Assembly (NCBI GenBank): GCA_951406725.2
Contig: OX597814.1
Span: 106,454,001-106,518,000, forward strand
Direction: 5' to 3'
DNA length: 64,000 nucleotides
From: Octopus vulgaris
Taxonomy: Eukaryota
Each line of letters starts with the position of its first letter. The stretch's first letter is position 1. The notes under the pieces were generated by a model. The model was not told the origin of the DNA. It made no database searches and saw only the letters and a list, made by a program, of their open reading frames with translations. The position numbers were made by a program, and so were the translations under genes. Of the stretch, positions 24,628 to 39,289 are shown piece by piece.

Positions 24628-26250
24628 GCTCTTGATTGACGAGACGTGACGTGAACTACTAATTAGTGTCGACAAAATATTGTCAATGAATTCCTGTTAA
24701 CCAAGACATGTAGATCTGGTCTCACAATTCCCTACAATCAGATTATCAGCAGAAAGTGTATTAGAGCAGCTAATTCTCCATAATTTGATGATTTTCTACA
24801 CCTTAGTAAAGTTACATTCGCTTACATTTAGGCAATTATTGCCCCGATCCCCACCGCCGCACAAATATGACACATGTCGTGTAATATGAACCTCCGATCA
24901 TGTCTCGTACTGTAAAGTAATTTATCCACTGGAATATTGTCTTGAGAAATTGTCTTGAGTAATCTAAGTTGGAAAGAAATTGATGGGCTAAATCTATTAA
25001 TTCACACATCTATTCTAGTTCCTTGAATATTCATTACAACGTGAAATAAGTTCACCAATATCAAAAGCAGTTTCTCTCTTTGTCATTGGTAAATTATTGT
25101 GTTCTCTCGTTCCGAGCTTCTTCTACAGCGATATGAGTGAAACAAATGCATATTCAATGATGTCCTTCGCATACAATGTATCGTTAGTCATTGGATATCT
25201 GTTTAAACACATTGATAAAGTCAGTCAACTCTTAAGCCAAGCACATGTGTTGCTTTATTTGCCAAGATCGTCTTGAAATTGTTTAGTTAATTAAACATGG
25301 CCTTAATCAATATTTGCATTAACAAGTTATTTAAATACATCCATGAATTATTCACTAAAACTAATGAAATTATCAATCGGATGATGAGGATTTCTCCTTC
25401 ACCTTTAAGCTATTTCGCACTCAGATACACATTCACTGAACAAACGATAAGAATAATGGATTAAACTAAACATCCTTCACTGCTCTTGCTTTCAATACAC
25501 TCTCTTCTACACACATTTTAGTTGTATAGCTAGCACACAATCCTGTTTAACACCAGCGCCGGTTTACTGGGGGTTCTTTAGCAGAGTCTATTCTGTTGCG
25601 GGCAACGCGTGAGAAATGAAGTGGGACTTGTTACAAGGAACTATTCCCAGGTCATTTCCCACCCACGTTTCACTTGCAGATGTAGAGTTTACTGATCATC
25701 CGCATTGACCTCCTTGTTTTTGAGGCCTGAAAAACGTCTTAGATAATTGCCTCACCCCACTGTCCCCTTCATAAATTCAGCTTAATGGCTATTTCCAGCA
25801 AGAACGCTCGACTTGCTGGAAATAGTAACCAAATCTCTTGTAACCATCTTAGAAAACTACACATTTGATAATATGAACTTGGGGGCTTTGTATATTGGAA
25901 AAATACGGGTTGATCTCAGCTGAAAGATCTTTGATCATAGGTTTACACAGCTTGGGATGAGCTGAAGTAAAACAACAATAACTACAACGACTATAGTCTT
26001 TAAAGCTGTTACAAGGGCCACTCTTCACAATGTTATCGCATGAAAATAGATTCCTTCTAAGCTTATACCCCAAACACAAAATTTATTCTTCAAAGACAGA
26101 AACTGTATCAGCACTGTGATCAGTCTTTGCTTTTCTAAATGTGACACAAAATATAAATTCTGATCCCAACTCAAAGAAACACTGACAGAGTGAAAGATCT
26201 TTCTCTCTATCTATCTAGCTGGCTATCTATATGTTAACATGTGACATTTT

Positions 26251-26503
26251 TGACCGAGGTTACCGTGGTCTTTTCCGTAGGCTTTTCTTTCCACGGATAA
26301 ATCTTATCTGCTTCCCTCTTTACAATTTACATCATGATATTTCTGTGATACATGATCCCTGTTGATCGTTTTGTTTTCTTTCCCTTTTATGATCCCTTTT
26401 GATCGAAAACCTACCCCACTTTTTCTTTCTCTCCCCAAAAAGAAAAACTCTACTTTGTAATCTGTCCCGTCTGTGTGCAGTCCTGTGTGGCTAATAAAGA
26501 AGC
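26251..26503 (+). mobile_element. Retroelement 3' end next to (TATC)n; inverted relative at 44585-44888
   Basis: GAGGTTACCGTGGTCTTTTC.GTAGGCTTTTCTT...CTGTGTGG.(T/C)AATAAAGAA occurs in both copies, each ending in AATAAA directly against a TATC/GATA-type tract. Confidence 0.65.
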
Positions 26504-26504
26504 A

Positions 26505-26606
<102 letters not shown>

Positions 26607-26640
26607 GCTATCTGTCTGACTGTCTGTCTGTCTGTCTGTC

Positions 26641-26672
<32 letters not shown>

Positions 26673-26712
26673 TGTCTGGCTGTCTGTCTAAGACTGTATG
26701 TTTGTCTGTCTG

Positions 26713-26759
<47 letters not shown>

Positions 26760-26823
26760 GTCTGTCTGTCTGTCTGTCTATATGTATGTATGTATGTTTG
26801 TATGTCTGGCTGTCTGTCTAAGA

Positions 26824-26937
<114 letters not shown>

Positions 26938-27239
26938 GTCTATCTATTTGTCTATCTGTCTATGTGATTGTCTGTCCAAGACTGTCTGTCTAAGACTGTC
27001 TGTCTAAGACTGTCAGTCTGTCTATCTATCAAGCTATTTATATGTCTGTTTGTCTAAGACTGTCTATCTATCTATCTATCTATCAGAAGGAAAAGAAATA
27101 CTAAAGTTATTGATTCTCTTCTACCTCTAAGTTAAAGTAAACCTCCCGTTTGGCCAGGTTTCGATTCCTGTAATTATCTTTTACGCATCTCTTAAATTGC
27201 TAACATCCTTCATAACATATCATGAGCATTACACAAATA

Positions 27240-27375
27240 TATTGGTTTCAAATGTTGGCACAAGGCCAGCAATTTTGTGGGAGGAGGGTAAATCGATTAC
27301 ATCGATCTCAGTGTTCAACTGGTACTTATTTATTTTATCGACACCGAAAGGATGAAACGCAAAGTCGAACCCCGA
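27240..27375 (-). mobile_element. SINE family C with Meta-like domain (copies 30605-30793 and 45265-45835, the last split by a family A SINE)
   Basis: Minus strand TTTCATCCTTTCGGTGTCGATAAAATAA..AAGTACCAGT resembles the MetaSINE central domain; shared end TTGCTGGCCTTGTGCCAA. Confidence 0.65.
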
Positions 27376-29735
27376 AGAATTCTCTCTCGTTGGACGTGAC
27401 TTTACGCTGACGGTTATATGGGTTACACTTTAGTTCGTTGATTTTTTGCGAGGAGGGGATGTCACAATATCCCCCTTGCTATCTACACTCAGGCACCAAA
27501 ACATTAGAGGGAGATCAAGCTGTTCAGGAAAATGTAGACAGTAAATATGGAAACCTGTAAAAAGAGTGCGAAAGAATTTGTTTTTAGTGAAACATCTTTC
27601 ATTTGTTTTTCAGAGATCAGATATCTTCTGGGATGTGATATGGAATTACCAATTTCCTTATAACGGTATTCTAGTTTCACACTTTACTTGGCTTTATTAA
27701 CAAAATTCGCTTAGAACAGAGAACATATTTTAAAATTAAAACAAAAAGGAGGAAAAAAAAACCTCGTCAAAAAATGTTCAGAGAGACTCTTTTTATTGAA
27801 GTAGAGCGTCGGGAAGACGTCATGGTGTGAAAGTGTGAATATGGTGTTACCTATGTTACCTGTGTGATGTAAGTTGAGTTCGATACTTTTTGCTATAAAG
27901 AAAGACAGGATAGGATGTTATCAACTTAATGTAACAGTCTCATGAACGGGAAGAATGCTACTGTTATTTAGCCCTAGGAAACACCGTTTCCTGTTGAACT
28001 TGACACATTTCCTGTGACAACATACTATCACTTTATCGTGCTGCTACTGCATAAATCTCTCTGAGAGATTTAGAAATGTATCATTTCTCTTTTCAAAGAA
28101 AGAAGAATACTGACAATTTAGCTGGACCTTGGGATATGACTTAAATTATAGAATATACGAGTTAGGGATGTCTATCTGGGAACATCCAGGTGACTAAATG
28201 AGAAACGGGGTAAATGGGCCGGGTAACTTCTGTAAAACAACCGTCAGTAAAACAGGTCTCAGAAAATTGTATTGAGAACATAGTGTGAGTATATGATAGA
28301 CCAGTAGATAGCAACTGGATGTTAAAGTGCTAACGGTAGATTCCTGCGGTGTAAAAAAACTGTATCAGTTTGTGAGAAGATGATGGTAAAAACGTGTGTA
28401 TTATAAAGAGAGAGAGAGGGTGAGAGAGAGATTCGAACGAACACTACTGGCACGTACACACATATCCAAATGCACGTGCACACGTACGGACACTATTGAC
28501 GCAAACAAATATACAGCCGACAGTTAGCTATGTGTGTGTGTATCAGTCTGAGAGATTATTGGATGTGTCTATGCGCATACACCATCAGCATTCATGTGTG
28601 GGTGTATGCGTGTATGTGTGCACGTGACAGGAGCATTTGTTTCATGTGACCGAAGAGAATAGAAATTTATTAAAAAATGGTGAAGAAAATCACAGGATAT
28701 TATTAGCGAGTGCGGAAGATATTTCTGGCTGACACTGTATCACAAAATGGAATTTCTACTGATGCTGCTCGGAAATATAAGTTATTCAATATTGTAGTTG
28801 ATTATAATACAATTAAACAATCACACGGAATGTAGGAAATTGCGCTGCACTCTTATACAAATATCATATCGCTGGCACTTTACCTTCGTGAATAGAAAAC
28901 CTAGCTTTAGAAATGATCCGTTTTCTGTCTCAAAGTTTCAAGATGTCACATTCCTTGCATGTTTTGTAAAAGTAGAATGAACTAATAACAAATACAGATG
29001 ATTTAGTAGTAGCTGTCAAAACTTCATTTGCCGTGAAATTAAACAGCATTTTCGACTAATAACGAATTCATCGGTACACCAAATATCTCCTATTTAATGG
29101 TGAGAAAAATTGCAAAGAGATTTCGAGCATTTCAAAAGATTTAGGCCAACATTTTTGCATAAATTATTCCGGTAAGATATGGAGCAACGAATGGAACTTG
29201 TTATTCTTTTTCATATCGTTTGCATTAGCGATTGTCGATGCAACATATTAGGCGGATCCCAAGGCATGGTATTTCTTCAATTAAATCTCACATTTGGGAT
29301 TTTGAAAATCCGCGTGTTCAACTTCAAAAACAGTTTGTTTCTTCAAAGCTAACAATATCGCTTTTATTCACATCAAATACTTCGTCCTGTCATATTTCTT
29401 TGATGTTGTTGGAAACTTGATAATTATATCGACATGATAAAAAGGATTTTATTCATCGCAGAAAATAACGTTGAAAGACGCTAAAAGGAACGATTTTCAG
29501 ACGACAAGTAACTTCTTTATCTACAATGATATGCGTGTTAATACGGGATAGTTTTAAAGATTGCAGAAACAGAGAAATCCTCGAATCCGTTGCCAGGCGT
29601 TTAATAAGAACACTGAAACTCAGAGACCCCTAACTAGCACCAGTCAGGAGATATACCAAGAAGTTGGGCTCCATATTTATGACGTCACAGTTTGAGCGGA
29701 AGAATGCCACACAAGGTTGCCGTTGAGGTCAAATC

Positions 29736-29779
<44 letters not shown>

Positions 29780-31033
29780 TTATTTCATATATATGGAAAA
29801 GGGGATTACATTGGCAGTGATCTAGCATGGCCGCAGCCTTAGGGCTGAAACGTATAAAAGAATATTAGAAAAATGCCATTATCAAAAGATGAAAGACTAT
29901 TCTTTGTCTTAAAATATAACGAATAATTCGTACAAGTCAAAGAAATATATGTAGCAAAATAATAGTCAATTGGAACCCTCCAATCCATTCTGAAAGCTTT
30001 CAAAGCAACAGGCTGACTTGAAGAGCTACCTCGGCCAAGAATGCCAAATTGTCTCAGCGAAACACACCATTCCTTTTAAAGAATATCCGCACAGTTTAGT
30101 ATCGCATTTTCCCAGAGTGTTCTCTCTCTTACAAAACTATGCAAAGGTGTCTAAAACCTGGTGACATAAACACCTTTCCCTTATCACTGCTTTACAATTT
30201 ATCTGACGATGATAAATGAGTGAAACTGAGGATCTATGTAAACATATCATTCACTTAATGGCCTATTTTAAAAACTGGTGATACAACCAAAGATACAAAC
30301 AGCTTATGTGTGAACATATCATTGACTTGATAACGGTTAGTAATACACACTATCGTAGGAAGATGTTTTGTTTCACTAATGGCGATGCATTTCATACTGG
30401 AGACACCATCAACACGTTTGACTGTCGAGAAAGAGGAAATGGAAAACCTCAGAAAACATTTGATCATTTTTTTTTTCAATTGCTAAACGTAACTGTTTAG
30501 ATCGGCTCCACAAAATAGACATGTTTTTCTCATCACTGACTATTGTTGGCACCAGGTTAGAACGGGACACCGCTGAAACGTTACTAAAATGGTATTATAC
30601 AAAATATTGGTTTCAAATTTTGGCACAAGGCCAGCAATTTCGGGGGAGGGCTTAAGTCGATAATAGCCATCCCAGAGCTCAACCGGTACTTATTTTATCG
30701 ACCACGAAAGGACGAAATGCAGAATCGGTGGAATTTAAACCCAGAACGTAAAGCCGGACGAAATACCGTTAAGATTCTGTCAGCTCACCGCCTTTTCCTT
30801 ACCAAATATTAAAAGGGAAAAATATTTTCGAGTACGATTCTACAATATGACGTATCTTCTCTTTAGGTCTCACTGTTTGCCAATGCCTTAGGGCACAATT
30901 TCCCAACTAAAATATTTCTCGTAACCTTCAGGCCCTAATCTTCCTCCTTTGGATATCTTTGATTTGGGATTATCTTGAAGATCAGCTCCGAAACCTCCAT
31001 TAAATTACGTTTGTCACACATTAACCCTTCATG

Positions 31034-31108
<75 letters not shown>

Positions 31109-31300
31109 CACAGGTGCTATCTCTCAACTACAAACACCGACATAGGGGTATTTAAAGCAAAGGATCAAAGAAGTGATGGAAATTCGAACCATAATATATT
31201 TGTCCGTTCCCATTTTATCTGTCGAGAACAATATATATCGACCAAGTATCGATTATGTAAGTGGAAATATTGATTGTTTTACAAAATAGTTTCTACCTAC

Positions 31301-31460
31301 ACGCAAGCATGGCTGTTTGGTAAGAAGCTTGCTTACAAACCTCATGGTTCAGGTTTCAGTCCCACTGCGTGATACCTTGGGTAAGTGTCATCTACTATAG
31401 CCTCGAGCCGACCAGAGCCTTGTGAGTGGATTTGGTAGACGGAAAGTGAAAGAAACCTAT

Positions 31461-31494
<34 letters not shown>

Positions 31495-31509
31495 CGTGTG
31501 TGCGCGCGC

Positions 31510-31542
<33 letters not shown>

Positions 31543-31715
31543 CCCCCTCCATCACTTGACAGCCACTGCAGTTCGGCAAAAGAGATCGATAGAATAAGTA
31601 CTAGGTTTAGAAAGCATAAATCCTGGGGTCGATTTCTTCGAATAAAACTCTTTAAGGCGTTGCTCCAGCGTGACAGCAGTCAAATGACTGAAACAAGTGA
31701 AAGAATAAAAGAATA
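31301..31715 (+). mobile_element. SINE family A
   Basis: Head GGCTGTTTGGTAAGAAGCTTGC through tail GAAACAAGTGAAAGAATAAAAGAATA. Confidence 0.85.
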
Positions 31716-31851
31716 TTTATTAAGAATATTTACGCTGCGCTTTTTTCTTGGCACCTTGGTTGGAATGGAGAGAATTGAGAGGCGAAAAGGATTTTGAATT
31801 ACCTTGTTTATACGCACAAATACGCACACACACACACACACACTCTCACTC

Positions 31852-31887
<36 letters not shown>

Positions 31888-32589
31888 ACACACACACTCA
31901 CGCAGATACGCACGCAAATACATACATGTGTGTATGTATTCAAAAATATACATTTGGCCGTGTGTACATATATGTATATGTGGATGCGCGTGTTTGTATG
32001 TGTGGTGCAGATTGCGAGATCCCCGTTTGGATTCTATATTTACTATCGGAAACAATGCATTGTAATTAAAATGTTGCCTTTAATGTTTGTGCAGATGTTT
32101 ATTTTATGGATGACTAAAAGAGACAAAAGGAGAGTGTACATGCGAGAGTATATTATATAAATAAAGGAGAGAGACAGATACAGAGAGGAAGAGTTGTGTG
32201 GTTAAAACTCTGATAGCAAAGTAAACCGAGGAATATTTAAGGACTATTTTGAATTCAATGGATAGAAAAGTCCGAAAATATCACTCTTCGCTTTGTTTTC
32301 TATGTTGGCAATTTTATCAGCGTACAACGAAAATGTCAAACAAAATTGAATTCCTGTCTTCCTCTATACCTCTATTCCGTTATTCTTTTTATTCCTTTCG
32401 CGAATCTGGTGTGTGTTTGTTGAACTACGTTTGTCGAAGACTATAATTTCATAGGCTTCTTTGCATCTACGCCTCTCTCCTTCTCCCCCCTCTCTCTCTC
32501 TCTTCCTGGAGTTATATGTGAGTGTGCGTGTGTATGTGAATGTATATATGTATATAAATATATATCTATTCATCCTTTATATATATATA

Positions 32590-32938
32590 TTCTTTTATTC
32601 TTTTACTTGTTTCAATCATTTGACTGCGGCCATGCTGGAGCACCGCCTTTTAGTAGAGCAAATCGACACCAGGACTTATTCTTTGTAAGCCTAGTACTTA
32701 TTCTATAGGTCTCTTTGGCTGAACTGCTAAGTTACAGGGACGTAAACGTACCAGCATCGGTTGTCAAGACACACAAATATATACACACATACACATATAT
32801 ATAAAAATATACGACGGGCTTCTTTCAGTTTCCGTTTACCAAGTCCACTTAGAAGGCTTTGGTCAGCCCGAGGTTATAGTAGAAGACACTTGCCCAAGTG
32901 CCAAACAGTAGGACTGAACCCGGAACCATGTTGTTGGC
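32590..32938 (-). mobile_element. SINE family A, head truncated
   Basis: Same body and tail as other copies. Confidence 0.83.
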
Positions 32939-32990
<52 letters not shown>

Positions 32991-33183
32991 GGAACAAAAA
33001 CGTAATAGAGGACAATAAAACATTCGGACAGATAGACGATGCAATGGCGAACAGGGGAAACAACAATTAGAAGGACAGGCAAAAAATAACGGGTCATTCG
33101 TGGCCTTCTTTCCTCAGTCAAGTTACCAGAAGCCCTTACGGTTTTGGGCAGTTACACTTGAGACAGTTCAATCTGGTTGGTCC

Positions 33184-33221
<38 letters not shown>

Positions 33222-34021
33222 ATGTGTGTGTATATGTATGTATACCTATCTATATATGTTTCTATGTATCTATCTACATATTTAAACACATATATACTCA
33301 CATATATATTTGTGTATATTTGTATGTAAACACAAACATTTATATACACACATGTATATATATAGATATATGAATAAATAAATGAACATGTAAACATGTA
33401 TGTGTGCGTGTGTGCGTGTATATTGTATGTATATATCGTCTCGCTTTCCTCTCTCTCCTCTCCTATTTGCCAGTCTAATTCAGTCTTATTCTGATGCCAG
33501 CAACTGTTTTCCAGGTTAATTTCATATTCCCAATACAAATGTATGTATTTACGCTTAGTTTGATAAAAATATGGAACGAGAAAAAGTTAAAACAAAAACA
33601 ACAACAAAAACAATAACAATACCAATAAAGATAACGACAATAATAATAACGATAATAATAATACCAATGATAACAAAAGAGTCCTCAGGGTTTTCTTACT
33701 TGGCTGCGTATTGTTGTTGATATTAGTTTCTATTTAAAGATATTGATCGAAATGTAAAGCGAGAACAAAACATCGTTAGTGCAAAGGCCTTCTGTAACAA
33801 ATGATCTTTTAGCACGATTCGTTTAACACATTGCTGATTGTGAGAGAACGTCGATCGCAGTGTCTTGTGTTGATCTAACAAAGATAGCGAATGGCAACAT
33901 CAACAGGGATACGGGCAGACAGACAAAAGCAGGGAAACAAGGACAACATCTTGTCATGATGCTAACATTAACTGAAAGCAACATAATACAGAACAAAATA
34001 GCATCGTATGAACACATGGCA

Positions 34022-34078
<57 letters not shown>

Positions 34079-34083
<5 letters not shown>

Positions 34084-35112
34084 GTCATTCCATAAATACA
34101 TGAATTAAAGTAGGAGGGGGATAGGATAAACTATCTGCATGAACCTGCTATAAAAGCAGGTAGTAATTTTACCTTGTATTTATTCTTAGTGCATGTTTTG
34201 AAGAGTGTAGTTCGATTTTAACAGTTCTTTTTCAAAGCTATAATGGATGTGACAAAGGACCATATTCGGCACATTTTGCTTTATGAGTTCAATAAAGGCA
34301 ACGAGGCAATGGAAAGTGCGAGGAATATTAATGCAGTATATGGGGATCGAACAATAAGCGTAAGCCAGTGTCAACGGTGGTCCCAGAAATTCTGAGCCAG
34401 AAACTGCAGCCTAGAAGACGAGTCTCGTCCTGGAAGATCTGTAGAGCTCGACGAGAACGTCCTCCAAACCCTGGTGAAACAAAATCCCATCGTAACAATT
34501 GCGGAACTAGTAGAATTGCTTGGATTTGGTCATTCACCCATTCATCGACACCTGCGTACCATCGGAAAAGTCAGCAAATTGGGTCAGTGCGTTCCTCTCA
34601 AACTTTCCGAGTCTAGTCGCGCTGAGAGTAAATGTGTGCTCTTCTTTGCTGACACATCTCACGAATGAAGCTATTTTTTGACCGATTAGTGACTGGTGAC
34701 AAGAAATTGGTTCTCTATAAAAATGTCAAGCACTGAAGACAGTGGGTAGGGAAAGGAGAAACACCAGCACCCCAAGCTAAAGAAGGTCTTCACCCACGTA
34801 AGCTGTTCTTATCTGTTTGGTGGATATTAAAGGTTTAATCCACTTTCAACTTTTAAACCCAAACCAAACAATAACAAAGGAGTTCTACTGAGAGCAGCTT
34901 GAGCGGCTTAAGAAAAGCAACCATCTTTGGTTTCAAGACGAAAGGTATTCTTCCATCAGGATAATGCTCGGTCACATACAACGAGGATGACATTCCAATG
35001 GCTGGAGCAGTTTGAACGGGAAACGATGTTCCACCCAACATATTCGCCGGACATTCCCCCATCTGATTATCATTTATTCCGCAGTTTTATGAATCAATTG
35101 AATGGAAAAATT
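34079..35112 (+). mobile_element. Mariner remnant, 3'-truncated, decayed transposase
   Basis: HIRHILLYEFNKG...ARNINAVYG...LEDESRPGR...RHLRTIGKVSKLGQCVP, LVTGDKK, FHQDNARSHT, HPTYSPDIPPSDYHLF; stops and frameshifts. Confidence 0.9.
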
Positions 35113-35607
35113 ATATAAACCAAGTCTATATACGCACATACCCTTATGCACGCACACACACACGCTTATATACGCGTATATAGACGTGGTTTACTCTTTG
35201 TATACTCCCTTATGCCTCTTTTCTGTATTGTTAGCCTTAACCCTGTTTTTTCTTGTGCTTGTACGTATATAGACGTGTGTATGAACTTTTATGGTGCGCG
35301 TGTGTGTGGGGGGGTTGTATGTATATACATATACATTTGGCGAACGATGAGAATGAGGATGTGTACGTTTTCAAGTGAGGGTGGATGAATGTATATTTTA
35401 GGCGCACGCACGTGGGTGTGCGGGCGTACATGCGTAGGTATGAACAGACGCGCTTACGCGAATACTATGAACTTTTTTACCCCTTACTTTACTCCATCCC
35501 CTTACTTAACAGTCGTTCAAATAGCTCTTTTGTCTTAGTAACGTTCAATCACACAGTAATTTCCCTTTGTATAACGGTCATTTTTCATAGCATTTTTCCG
35601 ATGGCCG

Positions 35608-35668
35608 GATAACTGAAGAGATTACGGCGAGAATTTCCACCTCGGCATCCGAAACTCGGAGTTTTATC
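35608..35668 (+). ncRNA. Type I hammerhead
   Basis: GATAA-CTGAAGA-GAT..CGAG(AATTTCCAC)CTCG..ATCC-GAAA-CTCGGAG-TT-TTATC; base of stem II imperfect. Confidence 0.7.
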
Positions 35669-35714
35669 ATGGCTACCGAATAATTTTCACATATTACATT
35701 TACAGATATATATA

Positions 35715-36150
35715 TAACGGGAGGGTTTACGAAAATAAACAAAAGACGAAGGCAGGTGGAGTACAAACAAACAATGAATTAGTATGGCGCTCAGGAATAG
35801 AAATAAAACAAGTCTTTTACGTTTCGAGCCTACGCTCTTCGACAGAAAGATACACAGTAAAGAAACAAGGAGAGAAACAAGGAGAGAAAAAAATTGCGTG
35901 TAGGGGCTAACGATCCAACATGGCGTTCTGATTTCAGGAGAAGTCAGAGATCGGAGGTCAAACGTTAGAGGTCAGACGTTAGACGCTAGAGGGATAGTAG
36001 GGGAGATAACAGGGTCAAGTGACCTCGCTCCAATCTGAAGGTGCGTGTGTGCATAAGAGAGTATGTATGTGTATGTGGAAGAAGGCTGCTGGTCTAGACG
36101 TGTGTATGTATGTATGATGTGATGTGTAATGTTGTATGGTGTAGTGTGTG
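35715..36150 (-). mobile_element. Solo 3' (pseudo-LTR) fragment of the PLE family at 16845
   Basis: AACGGGAGGGTTTACGAAAATAAACAAAAGACGAAGGCAGGTGG...ATGGCG aligns with 16848-17060 and contains the A6U HHR. Confidence 0.85.
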
Positions 36151-36470
36151 TGTATATATATATATATCTCACTCCTCCTCATCTCTCTCACAGCCGGGTC
36201 GACGAACTTCCTTTCGCTGGCGGTCTCCTCCAAGTAAACATGTTTCTTCCTGCGCTCGTGAAATTTTTTTTTCCTCGTCTAGGCTTATAGGCCTTGTGTT
36301 TGTTTTCCTGTCCTGTTTTTATTCCTTCTTGTACTGTATTTTTTGTAATTGTATTTTTATTTTGTATTTGTTTTTAATTGTATTGTTTTTACGTCCTATT
36401 TTTGTCATATTTTTTTCCTTGTTTTTACCCCTCTGCAAAGGAATTTTATTTAATTCTTTCGCAGGAAGGA

Positions 36471-36527
36471 CTAGTTCGACGAGTCGTGTTCTGTCCTCAC
36501 ATTCGAAACACGCTGGAGTTGAACTAG
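36471..36527 (+). ncRNA. Decayed hammerhead; similar decayed motif at 53922-53972
   Basis: CTAGTTC-GACGA-...-GAAA-C..G-TT-GAACTAG (core missing 2 nt). Both loci include GACAGCTGAT at the 3' side. Confidence 0.4.
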
Positions 36528-36860
36528 GGACAGCTGATGAAGGGGATTTTTCCTTGTGTAGTTGTCTTGTACTCTGTTTTTTCGTTGTTAAAAAAATGGT
36601 CCGTTCCATGGTGTTTTTACTTTTTCGTTTCTCGGCGAGTTCTACGTCTATTTGTGGTGTCCTGTACACACGTATATATATTTATATATGCATGTATATA
36701 TACATGTAGATGTAGGGACGTACATATATGTTTGTATGTATGCATATATTTTATTTATTACACTATTGTATGACTGAGCGCCCTCGCGTCGATTCGATTC
36801 GATTCGTTTCGTTTCGTTTCGTTTCTTCTTCCTCTCTGAGCCGGTTTTTATATATATATA

Positions 36861-37367
36861 TTCTTTTCTTTGTTTCAGTCATTTGACTGTAGCCATGCTG
36901 GATCACACCCTTTAGTCGAACAAATCGCCCCAGGACTTATTCTTTGTAAGCCTAGTATTTATTCTATCGGTCTCTTTTTGCCGAACCGCTAAGTTACGGG
37001 GACGTAAACAATAACATCGGTTTCAAGCGATGGGGGGGGGGAGACAAACACAGACACTCAAACACGCGAGCGCGCACTCACATATGTATATATATATATA
37101 TATATAAAAGGAAATGAAGAAAATGCTGACAAAATAATTTAAGTAATTTAAGTAATTTAATTAGGTGAAAGTTCTTTTTACCGGTTGCGCATTTGTTATG
37201 CTCATCAAAAGATTAGAGTTCTAATCTTTTCATAAGCATAACAAATGCGCAACCGGTAAAAAGAACTTTCACCTAATTAAATTACTTCAATTACTTAAAT
37301 TATTTTATCAGCATTTTCTTCATTTCCTTTTTTATATATCACAACTCGTGTTTCACATCTCCTTGTT

Positions 37368-37421
<54 letters not shown>

Positions 37422-37586
37422 CATAAGATGGGCCTCTTTCAGTTTCCATCTACCAAGTCCATTCACAAGGCTTTGGTAGGCCCGATACTGTAGTAAGAAG
37501 ACACATGCCCAAGGTGCCACGCAGTGGAATCGAACCCGGAACCATGTGGTTTGTAAGCAATCTACTTACCACACAGTCACTCCTGC
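36861..37586 (-). mobile_element. SINE family A interrupted by a fold-back insertion
   Basis: 3' half at 36861-37060 and 5' half at 37425-37586; the internal TA tract holds the 37106-37331 hairpin. Confidence 0.82.
37106..37331. repeat. Near-perfect fold-back (~112-bp arms) with a variant/decayed HHR (37173-37212, minus)
   Basis: AAAAGGAAATGAAGAAAATGCTGA...GATTAG / CTAATC...TCAGCATTTTCTTCATTTCCTTTT. HHR-like TCTT-TTGATGA-GCAT(AACAA)ATGC-GCAA-CCGG-TA-AAAAGA. Confidence 0.85.
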
Positions 37587-38332
37587 ATACATATATATAT
37601 GTATGTGTGTATGTGTTTCGTATAATACAGTTGTAAAAAAAAATCCTTTTCCACATCTTAACACACTTGCTTCGTTTATTTGTCTTGATTTTTGTTTTCG
37701 CCATAAATATTTCAAGTTTTATATGAAAATAACTTATGTAACATGTGTAGAAACTATTAAACAAATACCTTTCTCTTAAACCTTTGATCTGTTTAACTAC
37801 AGAGCTATACACCACTTTCACATTCTTTTTTAACTATTTTGATATGGTCTCAGTGTAGACTAGGTTACGTGTAATGCTTGACTGCTTCTCTCCTATTTGT
37901 GCCGACTGAGGTCATTTATATACACCCTGTATACAACTGGAATATATTTTCTTCATTTTGTGCTCTTTAAAACTTTTATCGTGAATGTGTGTAAATTTAA
38001 AAGTTAGTTAAATTCATGCTCAATGATTCTTACTCTATCTATTTAACTATCAGTCTATCTCTCTATGTATATGCCTGCTTATCTGTTTATCTACCTGTCT
38101 ATCCATCTATCTGTCTGTCTGTCTATTTATCTATCAATTTATCCATCTGTCTATCTATCTATCTACCTATTTATCTATCGATCCATCTATCTATCTGCTT
38201 GTTTTATCTGTTTATCTGCCCGTCTCTCTATCAACCTATCTACCTATCGATCTATTTATCCATCTGTATGTCTGTTTATCTGTCTGTCTCTCTCTCCATC
38301 TATCTATCTATATGCTTATATATATATATATA

Positions 38333-38528
38333 TTACTCTTTTACTCTTTTACTTGTTTCAGTTATTTGACTGTGGCCATGCTGGAGCACCGCCTTTAGTC
38401 GAGCAAATCGACCCCGGGACTTATTCTTTGTAAGCCCAGTACTTATTCTATCGGTTTCTTTTGCCGAACCGCTAAGTGACGGGGACGTAAACACAAGCAA
38501 TGCTAGGGGGACAAACAAAGACACACAC

Positions 38529-38561
<33 letters not shown>

Positions 38562-38725
38562 CGATGGGCTTCTTTCAGTTTCCATCTACCAAATTCACTC
38601 ACAAGGCTTTGGTCAGCCCGAGACTATAGTAGTAGACACTTGCCCAAGATGCCACGCAGTGGGACTGAACCCGGAACCATGTGGTTGGTAAGCAAGCTAC
38701 TTACCACACAGCCACTCCTGCGCCT
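38333..38725 (-). mobile_element. SINE family A, full length
   Basis: Head ...CCACTCCTGCGCCT ends at 38725; tail TACTCTTTTACTCTTTTAC. Confidence 0.88.
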
Positions 38726-38838
38726 ATATATATATATATATATATACGCATAAATATATACACACATATATATATACATATATGCATATATTCACATACA
38801 TATATATATATACATGTATATATATACACACATATATA

Positions 38839-38896
<58 letters not shown>

Positions 38897-38907
38897 CATA
38901 CATACAC

Positions 38908-38953
<46 letters not shown>

Positions 38954-39182
38954 TTATTAATCAATATAGGGTGGCAAAAAAAAATTTTGTAGAATTCTTT
39001 TGCCACCAGCGGCCTAGTGGGAAAAAATTAAATAGTCATAAACCATTTTTAAGTTCAACATCACAATCAAGGAACGGCCATAATAGGCCATTCACCCACT
39101 AGAAATAACAGCCAAAAGCTTTAACCGCAAAATAACGTCAATTCCGTAAACCAGGAGAAAATTGAAAAACATTTACCCTGTA

Positions 39183-39289
39183 ATTTCTTAGACGATGCAC
39201 CGTTTCATCTTCTGTTTAATGGAAAACTAACCTGATTAAATTAAATCAAGCCAATCTACCATAGGCCCTTAGATTCATCAGTAAGAAAT
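39183..39289 (-). ncRNA. Type I hammerhead with extended stem II (second copy 39675-39781)
   Basis: Reverse complement of 40419-40525. Confidence 0.8.
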
